Assembly (NCBI RefSeq): GCF_006345805.1
Contig: NC_043010.1
Location: 56,730,001 to 56,794,000, forward strand
Direction of reading: 5' to 3'
DNA: 64,000 nucleotides
DNA from: Octopus sinensis
Lineage: Eukaryota
In this document: positions 63,576-64,000 of the stretch, piece after piece
Position numbering within the stretch: the stretch's first letter is position 1
Layout of the letters: every line of letters begins with the position of its first letter
Notes under the pieces: model-generated
Told to the model about the DNA's origin: nothing
What the model saw: only the letters and a program-made list of their open reading frames with translations
Databases searched by the model: none
Translations under genes and position numbers: made by a program

Positions 63576-64000
63576 GTAGCTTGCCAAGTAGAATGTATGA
63601 TTGCCAGAGGAGAGAATGACGACGGACCAGCAGCTCACAGACCTCACTGACATTTACTACCACCACAACACAACTAGAAGATTGGCTCTCAGCTACAGCC
63701 ATTTGTTGACCTAATAGCTTTATTCAGTGTCCTGGACACATTGCATTTACTGTACACTGAATCATTGACCTGACCTGACCTCACTTTATACAACAAGCTA
63801 CATGTTTTCTGCATGCAACAAGACATATACCATACAGATATATATATTTACACACACAGACACGCGCGCGGACACATACACACGCACGCGCGCGTACACA
63901 CACATACACACACTCACACATATGCACATATACAAAATGCGAGCTTGATTTCCTCCAATTTGATATCGAATCAGTATTAGAAGTAAGCCAAGTACATTGT

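Overview
This is AT-rich, microsatellite-rich eukaryotic DNA. From the repeat families (RTE LINEs with (GAT)n tails, three tRNA-derived SINE families, TTAA-flanked MITEs) I infer an octopus or other coleoid cephalopod. That assignment is recognition from memory, not a database result. I found no intact host protein-coding gene, rRNA, true tRNA gene or CRISPR array. Positions 1 to about 37 kb are a dense nest of decayed transposons. They include about ten fragments of one RTE-clade LINE family plus many tail-only copies, a Hero-type and two R4/Dong-type RLE retrotransposons, and CR1-group LINEs (one looks young). There are also several mariners, a Tigger/pogo element, Penelope-like ends and MITEs. 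From about 37 to 64 kb the sequence is much poorer in recognisable repeats and looks intronic or regulatory, with a Gypsy relic, MITEs, SINEs and weak promoter and exon candidates. Three observations stand out. (1) A complete C4HC3 PHD finger sits in frame inside the reverse-transcriptase domain of the dominant RTE family. (2) A Penelope-type hammerhead-like motif with a consistently non-canonical core occurs three times, including an inverted pair. (3) A pseudo-LTR-like segment carries a 68-bp CRE-centred palindrome and a degenerate hammerhead. Most ORF-track entries are transposon fragments, antisense shadows of them, or microsatellite artefacts. Boundaries of old elements are approximate.
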